This document shows, one piece after another, positions 61,701-64,000 of a stretch of DNA of 64,000 nucleotides. The first letter of the stretch is position 1. The number at the start of each line of letters is the position of its first letter. Below the pieces are notes generated by a model. The model was given only the letters and a program-made list of their open reading frames with translations, had not been told where the DNA came from and did not search any database. Position numbers and translations under genes: made by a program. The stretch comes from Felis catus (Eukaryota), in NCBI RefSeq assembly GCF_018350175.1, contig NC_058384.1, forward strand, positions 32,302,001 to 32,366,000, read 5' to 3'.

Positions 61701-64000
61701 AGAACCATCTGACCAAACCCTTTCCTGGGTGACTCCTGGGTGGGCAGGGCTTAAAGAAAGTGCTTTTATAGGTACTCATCCAACCAGTTTAAAGTAGCCT
61801 AATAATGCTCTAGAAGGTTCAAGCTTTGGTGATACATGAGTCTTTGCAGTACTATAATCTTCATAATATAGACTAGAAGGAAAAAAAAGAAAAAGCAAGT
61901 AACCTTTAAGATGCAATACTTCCAAACAACTTCCAGTCACAAATGGAGGAAGCGAAGGCCCAGCTGGAGGCGATCATAGACAGGGGTGCACACCATTTCC
62001 CTCTATGAGCTTTCCAACCACCTTCTGCTTATAAGCACATTGAAGCCTCAGCTCTGGGGCCCATGTCTATTTTGGGTTATAAATAAACACAGTATAAAAC
62101 AGATTCTTTGGAGATTTGAGCAGAGGAGACAGAGTGGGAGTTTATACTCTTTAGTGCTATGGAGCTGAGTCTAATCGCTAATAAAAAGGTCCTTGAGCCT
62201 CAGTTTAATAACCACCAAGATTTCCTGGCTGCCTGCCTGTCTCCCCACCTTCCTCCCAAGAGGATGCTAAAAGCATCTATAAGCTTCCCTGTGCCAGATG
62301 AAGGGAGGGGTGTATGGAAAGTCAGAGGAGAAGGAGCAAACCCAGATGTCTGCATGGTGTAGGTCTGTATGGTTCCCCATCTCATGGAGGGAAAGGGTTG
62401 AAGGGAGAGATGCCATCCTTCCCTCCTCCTAACACGTTTCCCAACCTTTGCTCCATCAACAGCTCCCAAACCCCAGATCAAAATTACAACCATCCTAGGC
62501 ACACAACTCCTCTTATAAGCAAATGTACTGTTTCTCTCATATGTTCCCTTTTTGATCTCTGCCTCTCACCCGCATCCTAACCAGTGCCACCCTACTGGTC
62601 TAATCTTATAACTCAATTATCATGACTGTTAGGGAAATGTTCACTACAAAATGAACTTGCACAACTCAAAAGTTGCTGCATGGGTACAATGCCTCGAGTG
62701 TCTCTGGAACGAAGGGCTCTGAAGACTAGCGTCATAAAGAAATGCCTAACTGATGACTGAAGCATTTCATTCTCCATCTGGGTTTATGGTGTAATGGTTT
62801 TAAGACAGCCATGCTAGACAGGGCCCCACAGAGGTAGGAACCCTGGCCCTGACAGGTATATGGTCTATGTTCCCACAGCAACACAGTATGTCACACATAA
62901 AGTCCACTTGGTTGGTTGTTCAGGCCAAAACAAAAACTAACAGTTAAGGAAAAAAGGTGCAAGTTCTGTGTCCTCAGGAAGCATCTAGTCTGACAATGGT
63001 AGCCACGTCCTTATCCTCAGGGGGTCCTGCCTATAATAGATTCCCAATGCATCACGTCCTAAGTTAAAACCTATCTGCCTGGCTTTAAAAAGTCATTCTT
63101 CAACTGGCTCCCTCCTATGCCACCAACTCCATTTTGAGTGTCCAAAATAGGTTTTCCACTCCAGTCAGTGAACTTCATTCTTACACAGGTCTAAGCCCCA
63201 GGATCATGCCAGCCCATCCCCCAACCACAGAAGACTCCTGACCGTCACTGCCACCATTTGATCTTCCAAAATGGGTTCAACACTCGCTTCAAGGGAAATT
63301 TCTCTTGCCAATCTCACTGAATGCTGGTGGCCCTTTGATTCTTCCTCTCTTCAGAATTCACATATTCATCACAGCCTCATTTCCTCAGACTTGTTGATGG
63401 GCTGCTCTCTAGCATTTGTGAGCCACTCCATCAGGTCAGCAGGCATGTAAGATTCCCCCACCACACAGACAAGACACGGAATAGGGAATTGTGACACTTC
63501 CCTTTTTATTGCCCTCCCCCAGAGTCTACCTTAGACTCTGAATTCTTAGACTCAGTAATTCCTGACCAACTTCCTTCTTTCCCTCATCCTCTTTGTTTCC
63601 CTGATTCATCTTCCTTCCCCTTCTTTTCTTTGGCTATCACTCTCTCTAAACAAAATACGATTCTCCAGCTAGAAAGTATGGCTTCACAAGCAAATGTCAC
63701 TGTTTGCCACATACTTCTCTAAGGTGCATTCGGGTTTGCAGGGTAATAGTTACAAAGTCAGACTAAATCCCAGACATCAACAGGAGGTGCCCTGAGCAAG
63801 GGGACAGCTGGCAGAGACTGAGAGGTGGGACATGTGCCAACTCCAATTTCCCCAGAAAGCTGCCAGAACTACACAAAAGAAAAGGGAGATTTAACCACAC
63901 AGCAAAGATTCAGTGTTAAATGTTTTTAAAACTAAAGCACCCAAGTTGGGAGGTTTAAGATTTGTGATGTGAACTTTAAAAGCTTCAAATAAAATGATGG

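Noticed and set aside
1-64000. CRISPR arrays, operons, rRNA, NUMT or ERV internal genes
   Set aside because: None seen; the sequence is vertebrate intron, and the LTRs are solo without gag, pol or env text.

Overview
This is mammalian genomic DNA from a felid (cat family), judged from 23 tRNA-derived CanSINEs (five are near-identical young SINEC_Fc-type copies) and carnivore-type L1s. The whole window appears to lie inside HHAT (hedgehog acyltransferase, MBOAT family) on the minus strand. Two coding exons are present: 54960-55161 (202 bp, with the catalytic His in FVSFWHG) and 31782-31926 (145 bp). Both have canonical AG/GT ends and compatible phases, and a 23,033-bp intron separates them. 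The rest is intron rich in L1, HAL1, L2, MIR, CanSINE, MaLR/ERVL solo LTRs and Tigger/hAT fossils. Eight N-runs occur in the first 7 kb, all inside L1 sequence. Nearly all other ORF-track entries are repeat-derived or chance ORFs. I see no multi-gene novel system. The strongest unexplained item is a ~440-bp non-L1 insert (28723-29160) inside an old L1, with a poly(A) signal and an apparent target-site duplication (TSD). Its decayed translation shows by-eye similarity to the parvoviral capsid C-terminus; this is a hypothesis that needs BLASTX. Other items: felid substitutions next to the HHAT active site, an open read-through frame past the 145-bp exon, a CCAAT/CRE/TATA cluster antisense to HHAT, a strong CTCF-like motif, two triple-TSD SINE tandems and a SINE with a duplicated B box. 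Repeat subfamily names and the boundaries of old repeats come from recall and are approximate.
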